Shown here in pieces: positions 62,937-64,000 of a stretch of DNA of 64,000 bases (position 1 is the first letter of the stretch; each line of letters starts with the position of its first letter). Origin of the DNA: Candidatus Multivoradales bacterium (GTDB lineage: Bacteria; Acidobacteriota; Thermoanaerobaculia; Multivoradales; J023); assembly GCA_965248925.1 (NCBI GenBank), contig CBDFLE010000006.1:2688001-2752000 (forward strand). The letters run 5' to 3'. The position numbers and the translations under genes are program-made. Below the pieces are notes generated by a model. That model did no database searches. It was not told the DNA's origin and saw only the letters and a list, made by a program, of their open reading frames with translations.

Positions 62937-64000
62937 ACCGTCGGCGGCTGTTCTTGATCGGGACCCTCTGGGTCCTGGTGGTTGCAGCGGGATCATCAGC
63001 CCAGGGTCCCGAGGCCGAGTGGCGGACCCTGGAGACCAAACACTACCGGCTGCACTACACTTCTCCGGCCGCAGCCTGGACCCATCGGGTGGCAGCGCAA
63101 ATCGAGGAAATCTATCGTCGGGTGGCCGAGGAGGTTGGTTACGCCCCAGCGGAGATCACCGATGTCCTGGTGCTCGATCCGCTGGCGCGGGCAAATGGCG
63201 CTGCCTGGCCCATTCTGGGTTGGCCGCGGATGGTGCTGTGGACCAGCCCTCCCGGACCGGCCTCGGTGATCGGTCACTATCGTGATTGGGGGGAGCTCCT
63301 GCTCACCCATGAACAGGCTCACCTGGCCCATTTGCTGCGCCCCTCGCGCAGCCCGCGCCGCGGCGTGCTGGAGAAGCTGTTGCCCCTCGGGCCGGTGGCG
63401 CGACGCTCGCCTCGCTGGTTGGCTGAGGGCTACGCCACCTATGTCGAAGGCCGGCTGACCGGCTATGGCCGTCCCCACGGCGATTTGCGGGCCACCATCT
63501 TGCGGCGTTGGGCACAGGCTGGCGAACTACCGCGCTACAGCGCTCTCGATGGCGACTCTGCCTGGCTCGGAATGTCGATGGCCTACCTGATGGGCTCGGC
63601 GTTTCTGGAGTGGTTGGTCGAACGCGACGGAGAGGACAGCTTGCGCCAGCTGTGGACCCGGCTGGCGGCGCGCCACCAGCGCACCTTCAACGAGGCCTTC
63701 AGCGGAGTTTTCGGTGATCCGCCGCGGCGGCTATATAACCGTTTCCGGGCTGAACTCACCTATCGCGCGATGGTGCTCGAACGGACCCTCGAAGCTAGTG
63801 GGCGGACTCGCCAAGGAGATCTCTGGCAGGATCTGGAATGGACGACCGGACCCCCCGCCGTGTCGCCTGACGGCGAGCGTTTGGCGATAGTTCTGCGCTC
63901 GGCGCAGCAGCCGGCGCGATTGGTGGTGTGGTCGACCGAAGCCGACAGCGAGGCGGCTGAGCAGCGCCAGCGCCAAGCCGCGGAACTGCTCGCCACTGAT
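62933..64000 (+). CDS. Secreted peptidase MA-like protein with start of PD40/TolB-like repeats, truncated by window end
   Basis: Not in ORF track; manual translation MNRRRLFLIGTLW..WRTLETKHY..LTHEQAHLAH..PRWLAEGYAT..PAVSPDGERLA. Confidence 0.8.
   Translation, partial: MNRRRLFLIGTLWVLVVAAGSSAQGPEAEWRTLETKHYRLHYTSPAAAWTHRVAAQIEEIYRRVAEEVGYAPAEITDVLVLDPLARANGAAWPILGWPRMVLWTSPPGPASVIGHYRDWGELLLTHEQAHLAHLLRPSRSPRRGVLEKLLPLGPVARRSPRWLAEGYATYVEGRLTGYGRPHGDLRATILRRWAQAGELPRYSALDGDSAWLGMSMAYLMGSAFLEWLVERDGEDSLRQLWTRLAARHQRTFNEAFSGVFGDPPRRLYNRFRAELTYRAMVLERTLEASGRTRQGDLWQDLEWTTGPPAVSPDGERLAIVLRSAQQPARLVVWSTEADSEAAEQRQRQAAELLATD

Overview
GC-rich bacterial chromosomal window spanning the replication origin. 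The gene content (Acidobacterial-type VWA proteins, Oar-like TonB-dependent receptor, IPTL-CTERM protein) suggests Acidobacteriota, possibly Thermoanaerobaculia; this is inference. Positions 1-25 kb are housekeeping: jag/khpB-yidC-yidD-rnpA-rpmH (minus), two tRNA-Ser, tadA, SRP RNA, dnaX-ybaB-recR, mutY, dnaA-oriC-dnaN-recF-gyrB-gyrA, then transaldolase, CPBP protease, M20 dipeptidase, CYTH and a nucleotidyltransferase. Positions 25.5-64 kb are almost entirely exported or envelope proteins. They include four CRTAC1-like (FG-GAP + ASPIC/UnbV) proteins, three tightly coupled to paralogous TPR proteins, four VWA or VWA-like proteins, a TonB-dependent receptor behind a near-consensus sigma54 promoter, two HExxH metallopeptidases and a CSLREA/IPTL-CTERM protein. 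The region also holds an orphan contractile-tail tube gene and a GT-C/TPR gene interrupted by one in-frame amber codon. The best candidate for an undescribed system is the repeated VWA + FG-GAP propeller + TPR (+ Ig-VWA, receptor or peptidase) envelope module. Short tandem repeats and several structured intergenic stretches are also noted. No CRISPR array, rRNA, transposase or integrase was seen. All family assignments come from motifs read by eye, not from database searches.
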